Source of the DNA: Octopus vulgaris | Lineage: Eukaryota | Direction: 5' to 3' | Assembly: GCA_951406725.2 (NCBI GenBank) | Contig: OX597834.1 | Location: 44,082,001 to 44,146,000, forward strand | Length of the DNA stretch: 64,000 bases | In this document: positions 12,791 to 26,480 of the stretch, piece after piece | Numbering within the stretch: position 1 is the stretch's first letter | Layout of the letters: each line of letters opens with the position of its first letter | Notes under the pieces: generated by a model | Told to the model about the DNA's origin: nothing | Seen by the model: only the letters and a program-made list of their open reading frames with translations | Databases searched by the model: none | Program-made: the position numbers and the translations under genes

Positions 12791-13204
12791 GATATTATAA
12801 ACAAGGTGACCATCAACGAAGAGGCGCTAGAAGGGTGCTATGAAGACAATGTACAGGTTTTAGCACTTCAAACAATCTTCCATGCAATCAATGTAAATAA
12901 GACAACACTAAAATGGTTTGTCAAAAGCATGGAATCTAAAGCCACGGAACGAAATTTGGTGCGGCGGCAGCGGCGGCGGTGGTGCTAAAGTGACCACAGC
13001 GATGTTTATTCTAACAGCAAGCAGAACATAAATGCCAAGAGTTCTGGTGTTGGTGGTGACTGAAGTAAATGGCAAAGAGGGCCATCGAGTGTTTTTGTGT
13101 GTGACAGCACAAATACTGCCATCATGTTACGAAACACATTTCGCGATGGTGGCGTGGCTAACACTGTGGATGGCGGCGGCTGAGGCGGTGGATTCAGGAA
13201 TGTT

Positions 13205-13363
13205 CGTTACGTTCCGAGTTCAAGTTCCGCAGAGGTCGACTTTACCTTTCCTCCTTTCGGGGTCGATAAATTAAGTACCAGTTACGCATTGGGGTCGATG
13301 TAATCGACTTAATCCCTTTGTTTGTCCCCTCTGTGTTTAGCCCCTTGTGGGTAGTAGAGAAAT
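13205..13363 (+). mobile_element. SINE family B core plus tail type 1
   Basis: TACGTTCCGAGTTCAAGTTCCGCAGAGGTCGACTTTACCTTTCCTCCTTTCGGGGTCGAT...CCCCTTGTGGGTAGTAGAGAAAT. Confidence 0.85.
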
Positions 13364-13834
13364 ATATATAGTGATGATAGAGTGATTGAAACATGGTGGT
13401 GGTTGTGCTTGTGGTTGATATTGTAGTATTGGCTACAGTACCGATCATAATATCGAGATGGGGCGACGGTTGTGGTTTTGCTATCTTTGTGTCCAACCGG
13501 GTGTTGTTGTTATTGTTAGCAACACCGATGTGGTGGTCGTAATAGTGCAATTGTTAATAGCAACTGACGGTGTTAAATCCTGAGTGAGCAGACCATTAGG
13601 ATATACCTAAGGAATTCTAGCCATAACCATCTTATCTTTGTTTATTGATTGCAAGGAGGAAACCCAGGGTCATATCATCCAAAATACTCATTTCCAAGAT
13701 GGCACACGTGTGATTTCAGCGAAATTTGGTTGCTATTTTGAGCGAGTTGAATGACCCAAGTTGAGGGCCCTCTTCGTTGATCTGTGATATTAACAGAGGT
13801 GGTCATGTTTGAGTGTGATAATAATAACAATCCT

Positions 13835-14510
13835 TGCTTGCTACTAAAGGTGCAAGCCCTGAAATTTTGATGGTGGGGTCTAGTCGGTTACATCGACCCC
13901 AGTGTCTCACTGGTACTTAATAAGGCAAAGTCGACCTCAGCGGAATTAGAAGAACTCAAAACGTAAAGACAGAATAATAATAATAATAATTATTATTATT
14001 ATTATTATTATAATATTAAATTTTTGCCTCAAGGGCAGCTTCGGGGGTGGGGGATTAAGTCGATTACATCAACCCCAGTGATTAACTGGTACTGATTTAA
14101 TCGACCCCGAAAGGATGAAAGGCAATGTAGACCACGACGACGGAATTTGAACTCAGAACGTAAGGACAGACTAATAATAATAACAATAATTTCTAATTTA
14201 GGCACATTGACAACCATTTCGAGGAGAGCCGTGAGTACGTAGTTTCATCGAGCCCAGAAGGAATATAAAGCAAAACTAGCCTCAGCGGGATTTGAAACGA
14301 GAATGTAAAGATACGGAACACATGTAATTTTACTGATGCTGCTAGGTATAGGTGGGTTGGTTGTATTGACAGTCCTTTTTACTAATAATAGACACAAGGA
14401 CTGAAATTTATGGGGCAAGGGGGTTATCAATTACATCGGCCCTGAAAGGAAGAAAGACAGAATTGACCTCAGCCAGATTCGAACTGAGAACGTAAAGATA
14501 TTTTGCCGAC
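13835..14510 (-). mobile_element. Train of four diverged SINE-B copies, partly separated by (TAA)n
   Basis: TACATCGACCCC / GGCAAAGTCGACCTC / GAACTCAGAACGTAA motifs recur near 13890, 14065, 14245, 14430. Confidence 0.75.
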
Positions 14511-14854
14511 GATGTTTGGTGGGATGATAGTAGTATTTCATAATGTTTGCTATATTAAGTAATGAAACGATAATGACAGGGATGCTGAAGAGGATGAGGG
14601 GTGAGTCGACAGGGCACCTGCCCTGTCTATAATTGCGAGGGGACGGAGACGTGGGAGGGTGGTGGTGCTGTTCATGATATTATACTACACCCTCCTTGTG
14701 ATGGTAAAGACGGGGAGAGAGGAGTTGTTAGGGCACCCATCTCTTAACGAGATGTTGACGGAATACTCTCCTTATGATGGTGTACTTTCCTGACAGTGAT
14801 GAAGAGGAGGGGAGTGTTGGCGTATGGAGGAATGGTGGCATTAACGAGGATCAC

Positions 14855-15625
14855 TATTCAGGGTCTAAACCCGCTTTGATCATACAGACATTCCAGCCAT
14901 GACCTATGTATAATGTACTACTTACATTATTATTCAATGTTTCTTCGTTTTTCTTAAGTGAGATTTAGCTGCTATTTCTAGCAGATTAAGCAACTAAGTA
15001 ATGTTTGCTGTCCTCGTGGAGTGTTTTGTCGTTATGCAGTCATTGGTGGTGATGATGATGATGGCAGTAGTAAGGGATGCTTAGCTACAGGTCAACCCTA
15101 ACAGAAGAAATTGATGATTAGGGGCATTTCAGCTGTGACCGACATGTCTTCTTTCAGTGCAAGGATCCCGGGACCTAATTATTCAACGTGCTCTTGAAGA
15201 CGATAAGATGTGATTTGTGGGTAGATTTGGTTTCTATTTCTAGCAAGCCGAAGCTCCAAGGAGAGGGAACGTTGTCAAACGACAAATCTGTGTTGTGAGG
15301 ACTGGAAACACGAGTCGTTTAATTAACTACGGGAGCAGATGGAATATCAAAAGCGTTCCATCCATGATAATCCAGTTTATTTTTTCTTAAACAATGCACC
15401 TAGAACTTTATATCATCTAATGTACCGAAAGGCCTAAGTTCAGTGAGTGTTGGCTGCTATTTCTAGAGGATCGAACGACCACGTTGAGGTTGCCTCGGGT
15501 TGCATAATTCAGATTTAGTGTATATGGGACTGCACTGTACAGTGTATTTTTACGACAGAGGGATAATTCGGAGTGAGCGTTGGCTGTTGTTTCTAGCAAG
15601 TTGCTCAACCATGTAAAGAAGAAGC
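14855..15625 (-). mobile_element. Tandem train of four old family-D repeats
   Basis: Conserved motif (GG)CTGCTATTTCTAGCA-like near 14968, 15230, 15452, 15582, preceded in most units by a CATTCCAGCCATGACC-like segment. Confidence 0.7.
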
Positions 15626-16624
15626 CTTATCGCTGTCTCGCATACAATAAAAGAGTGTGGTAGGATTATATAAAGACGACAGCAAATTCGATCGCCCCAA
15701 GACTTTGAAAACGGGAAAAGAAAACAGACAAGATGTGGATTAAACATGGAATTAGTTGCAGATTGAGTGAGGCGGTGGGGGTGGAGGTGGTGGAGAGGAT
15801 GCGGTGGAGAGGAGGAGGATGGCAAACAAATAGGAGAGAAGAGGAAAAAGAGAGTGAGAAAATAATTTATAAAATCCTTTTTATAATAATGACATCAACG
15901 ACAACAACAAGAACTGGGGCTTTTTTAGAGTTGTTAAGTTGGAAATAATGAGAAAGCGATCCAAGCGGACAGATTGAGTGTGATGGCGGGAGAGAGAGAG
16001 GGAGGGAGAGGAAGAGAGAGGAGAAAGGAGAGTGAGGGAGATGAAGGAGGGAGGGAAGGAGGGAGAGGAACGTGAACTGACGACAAACTCATTAATATAA
16101 GATATAAAAAGATGGACGAGAATGTGTGTGTGTGTGTGTACATATTCGAATGAGTATATGCGTGTATATGCCTGTGTGTATGTGTGTGAGAGAGAGAGAG
16201 TGTGAGTGACGAGCGAGTGAGTATGTGTGGGTAATTGGGAGCGGGGATATATGCGTGAGTGCAGTTGTGAGTGCGCGCGCGCGTAGTGGCGATGCGTGTG
16301 TGTGTATGGAGGTGAGAGAGGTAGAGAGAGCGAGTGAGTGAGGCAGAGAGGTTGGTTTCAAAACTCCAGGCCCACCAGATGTCGGGGCAAGATGGGATGA
16401 GGTGAAAAAAAAAATAAAAAACAAAAGCAGGCGTTGGCCGTATAGAGAGAGAGAGAGAGAGAGGGGACAAGGAAAAAAGGGGCGAGTTAGTAAAAAAAGG
16501 GTGAAGAAGAAGAAAAAGATACAGGGGCTAATCGGGAGAAGGGTGGGGTGATGGTCTTTAATATTATTATTATTATTATTAATACATTAGTGGTGGGAGT
16601 GAGAAGAGAGTGGAGTAAATAAGA

Positions 16625-16689
16625 GGATAGATAGACAGATTGATAGATAGACAGATAGACAGATAGATAGATAGATAGATAGACAGATT

Positions 16690-16739
<50 letters not shown>

Positions 16740-16800
16740 CAGATAGATAGATAGATGGATAGATAGACATAGATAGACAGACAGATAGATAGATAGACTG
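16625..16800. repeat. (GATA)n microsatellite
   Basis: Direct reading. Confidence 0.95.
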
Positions 16801-17936
16801 GAGTTAGACGGAGTTGAGAAAGATAGAGAGTTGATAGCTTTTAATAAAACAGGGAAATAATTAGATAAATAATACTGCAAAGGTTTGACAAGAGAAACGC
16901 ATGTATATCACCACACACACACTGTATATATACACATATACGTGTAGATACATGCATTTATATGTATACACGTACGTATGTATAAATGAATATTTAAAAG
17001 AAAAGCAATTACATTTGTGCACACAGTGAGAGAAATATTAAAACAGAAAATAATTGATAGAAAAGGAGAGAGTAAAAAGAATCGAGAAGAGAAGAGGAGA
17101 GAAAGAGAGAGGCAATAACGATAAGTAACACACACACGACTATATATATATATATGTGTGTATATATATATATATATGTATATGAGGGAGAGGAGGCAGA
17201 AAACCTATTTGATAAAGAGATAAATGAAGACAGGTAGAGGGGAGAGTAAAAGAGAAAAAGAAAGCGGGTTCGATCGATAGAAAAGGCGGAAAGAGAGTGG
17301 ATTGAAGGGGAGAATGCAATGTAATTAAGAAAAGAGAGGACAGGCAGGGAGATATGAGGTGGGTGCAGAAAAGAAATTGTATATGAGGGACGGTGAGAGA
17401 GGAGTGTAATAGAGGTGAAGGGGAGAAGTGGGAGTGATAGAGTATGAATAGTGGCGGGGGGGAAGGAGGGATATCGTAAAAGGACGGAGGGAGGGTGGGA
17501 GATTAATGGTGGGAGGCAATAGAGGAAAGAGAAAAAAAGAGGGTAAGAGATGAAGGAAGGCAAGATCGAAAGGTTATGTAGGGGAGGGGGAGGGATATCG
17601 TAAAGATGGAAACAGGGAGAGACGTAAGGAGAGAGGGGGGAATAATGTACAAGAGAGAGAATGTAGTGGAGAGGGAATGAGAAGAAGGAGGAGGAGGAAT
17701 GGAAGGAGAAAAGGCAAACATAATAATATAAAGAAAGCTAAGCTTCACTCTCGGCAACGTCCTTTCTTTCTCTTTATTTTCATCAACTAAAAGCATCTAG
17801 ATTGATGAGAAAAGCTGTATATTGGCAAAATGTGGTTGTGTACGGGGGGGGGATTAGAGGTTCTTTATGAGTGTTTGTGAATACACGTACAACAAATCTA
17901 TCACACACACACACACATATACACAAATATATTACA

Positions 17937-17972
<36 letters not shown>

Positions 17973-18901
17973 CGTGTGTGTGTGTATTTACGGAAACTAA
18001 TGTCATTGCACCTATGTATGTAAGCGGGTATGTATAGGAATACAACATGTGTATATATGTAGGTGCGACTAGATACAAGAAGCAAGATGTGTTTCTTTCT
18101 GGTGGTGTTTGGCTGTAGTAAAATGCTTTTAATTCCGCAGCAAATATTCGACAGCCAAGTCTTAGTATCACACATACACACTGAGACGTGTTTTATACGT
18201 GTGTAGTAGTAGTAGTAGTAGTAGCTATACGGACACATACACGAGCATGTGTGTAAAAGTGTGTGTGTGTGAAGATAGATAGAGAGATAGATGTATATAG
18301 AGCACTAATGTAGTCGCATATGGACAACCACATGCATGAGAGCGTGTATATAGTGTTTAAGTGTACATGTGTATATGTCGAGAAACAATAAAAACGTACA
18401 GGGACACACAGACACACACACAAACAAACGTACACAACACCAACACACACACGTGTGTGTTGGTGTTGTGTTTGCGTGTAACGGCGCCTATGTGTGAGTG
18501 TACAAAACCAGTTTATGTGTGTGTGTGTGTGTACGAGTGTAGAGTAGCAATAAAAGTAATGAACAAGTGCTTTTCAGCTACGCATTAATAAATAAAATAA
18601 CCTCGTTTACATTAGACTGATTGCAGTGGCCTGTCGGAAAAAGGCTAGAATTAATTGCTTTCTGTATCTGCATCTTCTTTGCTTTACACACACACACACA
18701 CACGGCCAGAACCATTATATTAATTGAGAACAAATCGATATCTATTCATATATGCCTATCAATACACACACCTAAGTGAGTGTGCGTGTATAAGTATATA
18801 TATTTATATATATATGTGATGACAAATATACAAATCTACTAAATATATACGAACGGAGATTAGTTATATACAGCCACCGACACAATGTAGTCTCGTGCTT
18901 T

Positions 18902-18946
<45 letters not shown>

Positions 18947-19612
18947 TACAAATAGTGGTCTTTGTATGCAACTGAATAGACATGATCGAAGACGTCCCAG
19001 TTGTGACCATCTCATCTTGGGTTTTAAACAATACACGACTACATAGTGCAAGGTGTCCTTCCTTTTATAAGACAATCAGAGTGCGATTTGGAGGAGATTT
19101 GCCTGTTAATTCTAGCAGGTGGAACGATCGCACTGAGGCTTCCCTTTCGTAGTGTTAGTCTGTATCTTTGTATGTATGTATGTATATACAGCCATCATGT
19201 GCGTGCGTGTGGTATTAATTCATATATAGCGATGTTTTAATTTATATACAGCGACTGGATGTAATGTAATTGCATTCGTAACCTATACAAGTTGTATTAT
19301 TTTCATTCGTACACGTTCATTTATACATAAGCACGCACGTACACAGCAACAACAGCGCACGTCAAATGCAATACATCTCCTCTACACTCACACACACACA
19401 CCATTTAAATAGAAAGCAATACCAGTATCGATAAAGTTATTTGCTGTGTATATCAATCAATATATAATATCCCAGATAGAACACACATACACACTATCAG
19501 AGAACAATCACAGATACAGGCAGGCACGGTTAAGATGAAGAAATAGTAGCTAGCTGTTGTTTTGATGCGAGAGTAGCTGGAGATCATGTGTGTGTGTGTG
19601 TGTGTGTACGTG

Positions 19613-20070
<458 letters not shown>

Positions 20071-21214
20071 AGAATTGTGTTGGAAGTTACACAAACGAAT
20101 TTAGAAATATGTGTACACGTATTTGTGAGTGTGTGTGTATATATGTGAGTGTGTGTGTATATATGTGAGTGTGTATGTATACATTTATGCAAACACATGC
20201 GTAATACAGTCGTATACAATCACACATGTGTATACACGATGACAAACACTAACAATGATGATAATTATATGCACCCATCATAGATATACACGGGTATATC
20301 AAGAGATATAATGCGTATTCCCACCCAGCGACACCGTTTTCAGCACATCTAAATATTTAATACACTAACATTTATAATCTATTTGACTAACAGTTATCAT
20401 TAATTAAATAGAACCAACCGATCGATTATCGCTTCGACGATGGTTACCTCTTCTGAGGCGCTGTTAATAACTTGTACAGAAATATCCACCAAAACAAACC
20501 ATTATTTCCATTTAGTAACACTAAAATACTGAAAGGTATTTATTAAGGTATATTTATTTATTAACAGGAAGACAGCAGCAATCGGATTAAAGAAACCAGT
20601 TTTCGGCGATACGATAAAGCTGAGATAGTATTCACTGATACATTTAGAGAGAAAAAAAGAAGAAAAAAACCATTTACCCCCCTCCTTCATCTTAACAGAA
20701 TCTGTGATGGTTTGTTTGCCTGTACAACATAGTTGTATTAGATTTAACCCTAAACCTATTACACACACACACGAGTTTGCGGAGTTCCATGTAGCTTGGC
20801 AAAGACTTTTTTTTTTCGCAGACTGGAAGTATTCCACTACGACCCCACACTCACTCGTTTCATTCATTCTTTCATTCACTTAGTCAAATGAAAGAGGAAG
20901 AAGGAAGGCCAAGGAAATCCGACGACGAGAGGCGAGATAATGTGAGGAAGTACAAAAGTGTACCAGCTAAAAGCATTCGATTTGACAGTTAAATTGATTT
21001 ACAAGGCAAATGGGAATATTGGCTACATTATATATAATATTACATTTTGTGTGAGTGCGAGAGAGTCTGTGTGTGTGTGAGTCTATAGATGTGTGTGTAT
21101 ATATATATATATTCTCCACTCATCGAAGTATTCTACGAATTTAAATGCATCGCAAAGACATACATAAATACACGTGCATTTATAAGAATGTATATGTAAA
21201 CATACTCTGGCAGG

Positions 21215-21251
<37 letters not shown>

Positions 21252-21563
21252 TCAGAGTGGATGTGCATATATATATATATGTATGTATGTATATATATAT
21301 AAATATATATATGTGTGTGTGCACATCCATGCTGAGATAGCTCTACATAGACACTATTAATGCATCGAGATGGCCTGTGTGTACATAGTTTTGCTTAATA
21401 CTTATAGCAAATTTGGAAATCTCATTTTATACAAACATTTGTATGTGATGGTATCGTTAAAAATTGAAACGTAAATGGAAAAATATAGGTTACTGGGAGG
21501 GAAGACAAACCATTTTTTCCACGCTTATTTCATGTCTTTTCCACGCTTATTTCATGTCACACA

Positions 21564-21605
<42 letters not shown>

Positions 21606-22236
21606 GAAGAGGGTTATATTCCAACGGTAGAAGACAGAAGAAAAAAAGGAACTAGAAGGATATATATTATATGATGTGTGATGTGAGCGATGGTTGGGAA
21701 ATGAGAAAAAGCATAGTTAAATCTAAGCATGGTTTATTAGTTTTTGGAATAGAAAAAAAAAACACGAAACTAAGCAAATCTCTATAACTAATTAAAGAGA
21801 AATTTGCTGCTTTAAATATTAATAATCAGTAATGTGATTACTATAAATTAGGTTAGTCTCCTCCATTTCGTTGACTAATCATACAACTGAGTCAGTTTGG
21901 TGTTTGGGTTTTTTCATTCTCGGTTAAATAAAAAGAATAAGAAAAGAAATCCATGATTTCGGGGTATCTGTGTCTGCAGGGGGGTAATTGGATGGGGTAA
22001 ATATATAGGATGTAGAAAGGTTTAACGACGAGGAATAACAATTAAGAGTTAGAGAAGTAAATAAAGGTATTAAGGGCGATGTTACCAAAATCCCTCTCCG
22101 CCCACGATGGAACATTACAATTAATACAAATGCATTTTTTTTTTCTGTTTGCAATTTTTTTTTTCAGCTTTTTTTTCTTTCTTGTTTCTTTTTTTTTTTT
22201 TTCTTTTAAACGACCCCCAAAAATTCGATGACATAC

Positions 22237-22454
22237 CTGATATAATCTTCTTTACATAAAATCATTCCGCTTTTTGTGAAACACGAGGAACCAAGTTCTC
22301 CGAGCGGAGCCTGACAGCAGTGACATTTCAAACAACTCGTGTGCCAATAGTGGTCAACAGCATGTAGCATGAATCTATCGCAAATTCGACCACCACAGCC
22401 AAAACACATTTTTAAACCGGTCGGTTTGGTAGCAGTATCACCCGGAGCAGTCAT
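22237..22454 (-). CDS. LMO4: First coding exon of an LMO4-like LIM-only protein (LIM domain 1)
   Basis: MTAPGDTATKPTGLKMCFGCGGRICDRFMLHAVDHYWHTSCLKCHCCQAPLGELGSSCFTKSGMILCKEDYIR: complete C-x2-C..H-x2-C-x2-C-x2-C..C-x2-D LIM motif with the LMO4-type TKSGMILCxxDYIR end; donor ATCAG|GTATGT at 22237/22236; in-frame TGA 28 codons upstream of the ATG. Confidence 0.92.
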
Positions 22455-23190
22455 TCTCTGTTGGACCTGTTTCTTTTTCGCCTTTTTCTTCGTTGTCTGT
22501 TTTTTGTCAATTTTCGGTTTTCTGGGTATTTTCCCTCAAAGCAAAGAAAATATTTAGATCTAGAGAATCGGGTAGGGGGGGTTTGTTTTTTTTTTTTAAA
22601 AAAAAAACAACCCCAGCAATGACGATATTAAATTATATTATAATAAAGAACGAAAAAGGATGGTGTGTGTGATTGCTTTTTGATGATGGTGTTTTTTGGC
22701 GGGGGTTGATGTTATAATTGATGCGTTTCCGCAAGAACGTATTATTGTGAAGTGTGTGTGTGCTGGTTGTTGCATAAACGTGGTGAATTCTACATATAAA
22801 TATATATATATATATAATATATATATCTATATCGAAGTATTTCTGGGTAAAAACCGATGATCAATTAATAAGATTTTTTTTTAAAAAAGAGAAATTCTTG
22901 GTGTGTTTTTTTCTGCTGTTGCCGCTGTCGACTTGTATTAATAATTTTGTGTAAATTTTTTCCTTCCAAAGTCTTTTTCCTGGCTTAATGTGTTTACTCC
23001 ACAGTCAATTAGTGAAAGAATGAAGAACATCCAACTCTTGTCTTTCTCTCTCTCTCCTTCACAGAGTTACCGAGAGTGGGGGGACGAGGTTGGCTTTTTT
23101 TTCTCTCTTTTTGGATTTTCGTTGTTGTTTTTTTTTTCTCTCTTTTGTTTTCACCTTCTTCTGCGGTGACTGTTGATAGAATTATTTTAC
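22455..23190 (-). other. Candidate 5'UTR part of the LMO4 coding exon
   Basis: Strong acceptor TTTCTGTCTTGTTTTCTTGTACATTTTCTACCAG| before 23190; weaker alternative CCCCCCCTACCCGATTCTCTAG| before 22559; free of TE copies. Confidence 0.5.
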
Positions 23191-23273
23191 CTGGTAGAAA
23201 ATGTACAAGAAAACAAGACAGAAATTAACTTAAACACGTACAGAAAAATCACATATACATACAACACACACCC

Positions 23274-23316
<43 letters not shown>

Positions 23317-24227
23317 GCGGGCGTGTAGACACTATATTTATATACTGTGGAAATAAATGTTTCCAGATAAATATCGGACTTAGTATAAATGACATTCGAT
23401 TGGCAACATCAGATTCACCCATCAAATCACTACATACACACACAAATATATATATATATACAAGCACACACACAAACACAACTTTTATGGTGATATAAGT
23501 TGTGCTTACTATATATATATATATATATATATACATACACACACGATAAATAAAATTAATATGATGTACATACATATGTATTCCGTGAAGAGATGAAGTT
23601 ACCTTTGAAAAAAGCAAGAAGACTCGAACAGTAATAAGAAAAAAAAATTGTAATTGTTTTTTTTTTCCGTCGTTTTCGTCTTTTTTTGTGTGTCGTGTTG
23701 TTGTTGTTTTTGTTGTGATTGATTGCTTTTGTTATTGTTGTTGTTGTTGTTTTTCTTTTACATATTTTCCAATTTACACGAAGTAAAACGAAGTTGAGAA
23801 ATCAAGTATTTTAACCGATGTAGTAATAGCAATAATAGTAATAATAATAAACGATCGTGTACTAAGATGTAATAATAATAATAATAATAATAAATATCAC
23901 GGCTTCAAAATATGATGAGTGCTGCTGTCGGGGAAGAGAACGAGGGGGGGGATTAATTTTTTTATCCTTTTTTTCCCCCTGTTTTTCTGTATGATTAGAA
24001 AGCGACTGAGAAAAACCTAGTGATGTCGATGGCAAGCGGCACTCGTTATTAATGGCACTAACAGTGTTGCTAGGGTCGAGTCAGAAGCGGTTAATTGCGG
24101 GAGGTGCAAGCACTGCCTATGCCGCCGCCTCGCTCTCTTCTTCTTCTTCTTCTTCTGTCTCTCAATCATAACACACACACACACACACCTTTCTAGAATA
24201 CAATCACCCTCTTCTTCTTCTACTCAC

Positions 24228-24410
24228 CTTCTTTCTTCCTCTATCATCATCATCATCATCATTATTACTATTATTATTGTTTTTAATGCTTTTTACCTTT
24301 TCTTCTTTCTCTCTCCTGCTGTAAACTGACTATTTTCCTCCTCCGTCTCCTACTCACTCAATCACGCACTCACTCCGAGCTCTGTCGACCCCGTGTGATG
24401 TCTGATTGCT
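24228..24410 (-). promoter_or_regulatory. Candidate non-coding first exon / promoter of the LMO4-like gene
   Basis: Consensus donor AAG|GTGAGT at 24228/24227 about 1 kb upstream of the 23190 acceptor; upstream boundary is a guess. Confidence 0.35.
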
Positions 24411-24669
24411 TGTATATGTACGAGAAATTACGGCAATATTGTGTTCAAGCCAGTTATTCTATTTGTATTATACACACATCACATCTTACATGTGTGTGTG
24501 TGTGTGCGTCTATGTATGTATATGATGCGTGTGTGTATTTATAGAGAGAGAGAGAGAGAGAGAGGCGAGTGATGCTGAGCAAAAACGAAGGGGGGGAGGG
24601 AGAAGGAAAGTTAATATAAAACACAACATAATTGAAATGAAGGGGGGGAAGGTGAAACGATCAAAGAGA

Positions 24670-24765
24670 GAGAGAGGGGGAGGAGCGGAACTAGAAACGA
24701 AGGAGCATATGAGAGAGGGGGAGGAGCGGAAATAGAAACGAAGGAGTATATGAGAGAGGGGGAGT
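24670..24765. repeat. ~41 bp purine-rich tandem duplication
   Basis: GGAGGAGCGGAA(C/A)TAGAAACGAAGGAG(C/T)ATATGAGAGAGGGG twice plus a partial unit. Confidence 0.85.
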
Positions 24766-26089
24766 GAAAATAATCGTAAGAGAGGTAGTAGTAGTAGTAA
24801 TAGTAGTAGTACTAATAGTGGTGGTGGTGGTGGTGATGGTGGTGGTGATGGTGGTGGTGGTGATGGTGGTGGTGGTGAGAGGAAATTTAATAAAAATGCT
24901 ATAATTGAAATTAGGGAGAAAAACTAGAGGGATGGGAAGAGGTGGATGGAGAAAAAGAGAGGTATAGAGAGAAAGAGGGAGAGAGAGAAGGAAAATACTG
25001 AGAGATAAAGAAATATAGAGAGAGGAAAAGGAAAAGGGGAGGAGTGAGAGTGTGAGTAGTAGTAATAGTAGAGACTGATTAAGTGTCGCTCTTTACGGAA
25101 AGAGAGAAGAAAAAATGTTTCCCTTCCGTAGATTGGACGGCAGAGGCCAAATGAAGGCCAGTATTTTGCAGTTAAAGCGTGGAACGAACAACAAAAGCAC
25201 TTCACACGCTGATAATAAAATAGGTTTATTAATTATATGATTTTAATTGTGTTTCTTTCTTTTGGTTAGGCACAAGGCCCGTGTTCTGATAGAGTGAGGA
25301 GTGCTTTGGGCCGAAGCGATCTCGCTGTATTTAGTTTATCGACCCAGGAGGAATTAAAAAAACAAAGCAGATTTCATCGAAATTCGAACTGCTAATCAAT
25401 ATGTAACAACGCTTCTAAACTTTTACTACATTCGCTCGTTTTCTACGTAACACGTGTTGTTAATTATTATCGTTGTTATTATAAAACCGACGAGTATCGG
25501 AGTGCGAAAGCGGAGAAGTTCTCTGTGGAATCGAAATTCCGGCTCAGGTTCGATTCCTGGTTGATGCAAGTCCCCTTTGCATCGCGCTACCAATACCTTT
25601 AAGAAAGGGAGTCATAAATATTTCATCTCTTTCTCTGGCATTTCAGCAAAGAAAATAAGCGATTATGATATTATTAGAACATAAAATCTGACTGTGATAG
25701 GTTTACCGATTCCGTGCTGGTCCCTTCACATCTCAGACAACTAATGACCTTGAAAAGTGCACGAGCAGCTCAAAAATCCTTAGCATTATTATTTTTTAAA
25801 TATTGCAACCTCCACGGTAATTCGATCCCTGATCCAGTTTCATTTCCTTCTCTAAGCCATTTCTTCGTTACATTCACATCTAGGATACTTCATATGAATA
25901 TCATATTTATATCGGCTTAAGTGCTTTATATTTTTGGACTTCAGGAAGGATGAAATGTAAAGATAACCTCGGCGGAGTTTGAACGCAGAGTGTCGAGGGA
26001 ACACTGAATATCGGAGGCAGTTTGTCTGACGCTCTACCGATTCTGCCATCCACCTCCATTTCACTTCGCCTTCGGCATGGGGCACGCTC

Positions 26090-26480
26090 ATCCTGCTAGA
26101 AATAGCAGCTAAAATCTTCACCCCCCTGTCTTTTAAAACGGGAAGATACATTGGATAAGGGTAGATGTACTCTTAAAAAGGACAGCATGGTCACGACAGA
26201 CCTGTAGTTAAAGGTGTGTCTCACATTTAATCACAGCTCGGTTGTACCTGGGCTGACATGGGCGCCAAACAACAATCTGTATCGAGGTAATCGATATACC
26301 CTGTACCCGATCTAAGAGCTCGAAATAGCAAGCTAATACCCTTCGAATTTCACAAGGAAGGACATATTAGATAGCGTATTCTTCCAAACACTAGGTCTGA
26401 AAATAAGACGAGAAAGACACAGATCGAATACTTTTGATCACAGGTCAGTTCGATAATAATTAACCTGGATGAGACATTAG
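26090..26480 (+). mobile_element. Two family-D repeats
   Basis: CCTGCTAGAAATAGCAGCTAAA...CATTGGATAA...GCTGACATGGGCGCCAAACAACAA, followed by a second degraded unit. Confidence 0.65.

Noticed and set aside
12108-12816. IYLS-type ORFs (also 16579-16880, 19453-20219) and MYVC/YI-type ORFs (40042-40763, 54622-55405, 56837-57879)
   Set aside because: Translations of tetra- and dinucleotide microsatellites
22206-22236. C-terminal YVIEFLGVV of the tracked 82 aa ORF
   Set aside because: Lies past a consensus GT donor and is most likely intron read-through
25495-25565. Isolated B-box GGTTCGATTCC
   Set aside because: No convincing A-box or cloverleaf; cannot be assigned
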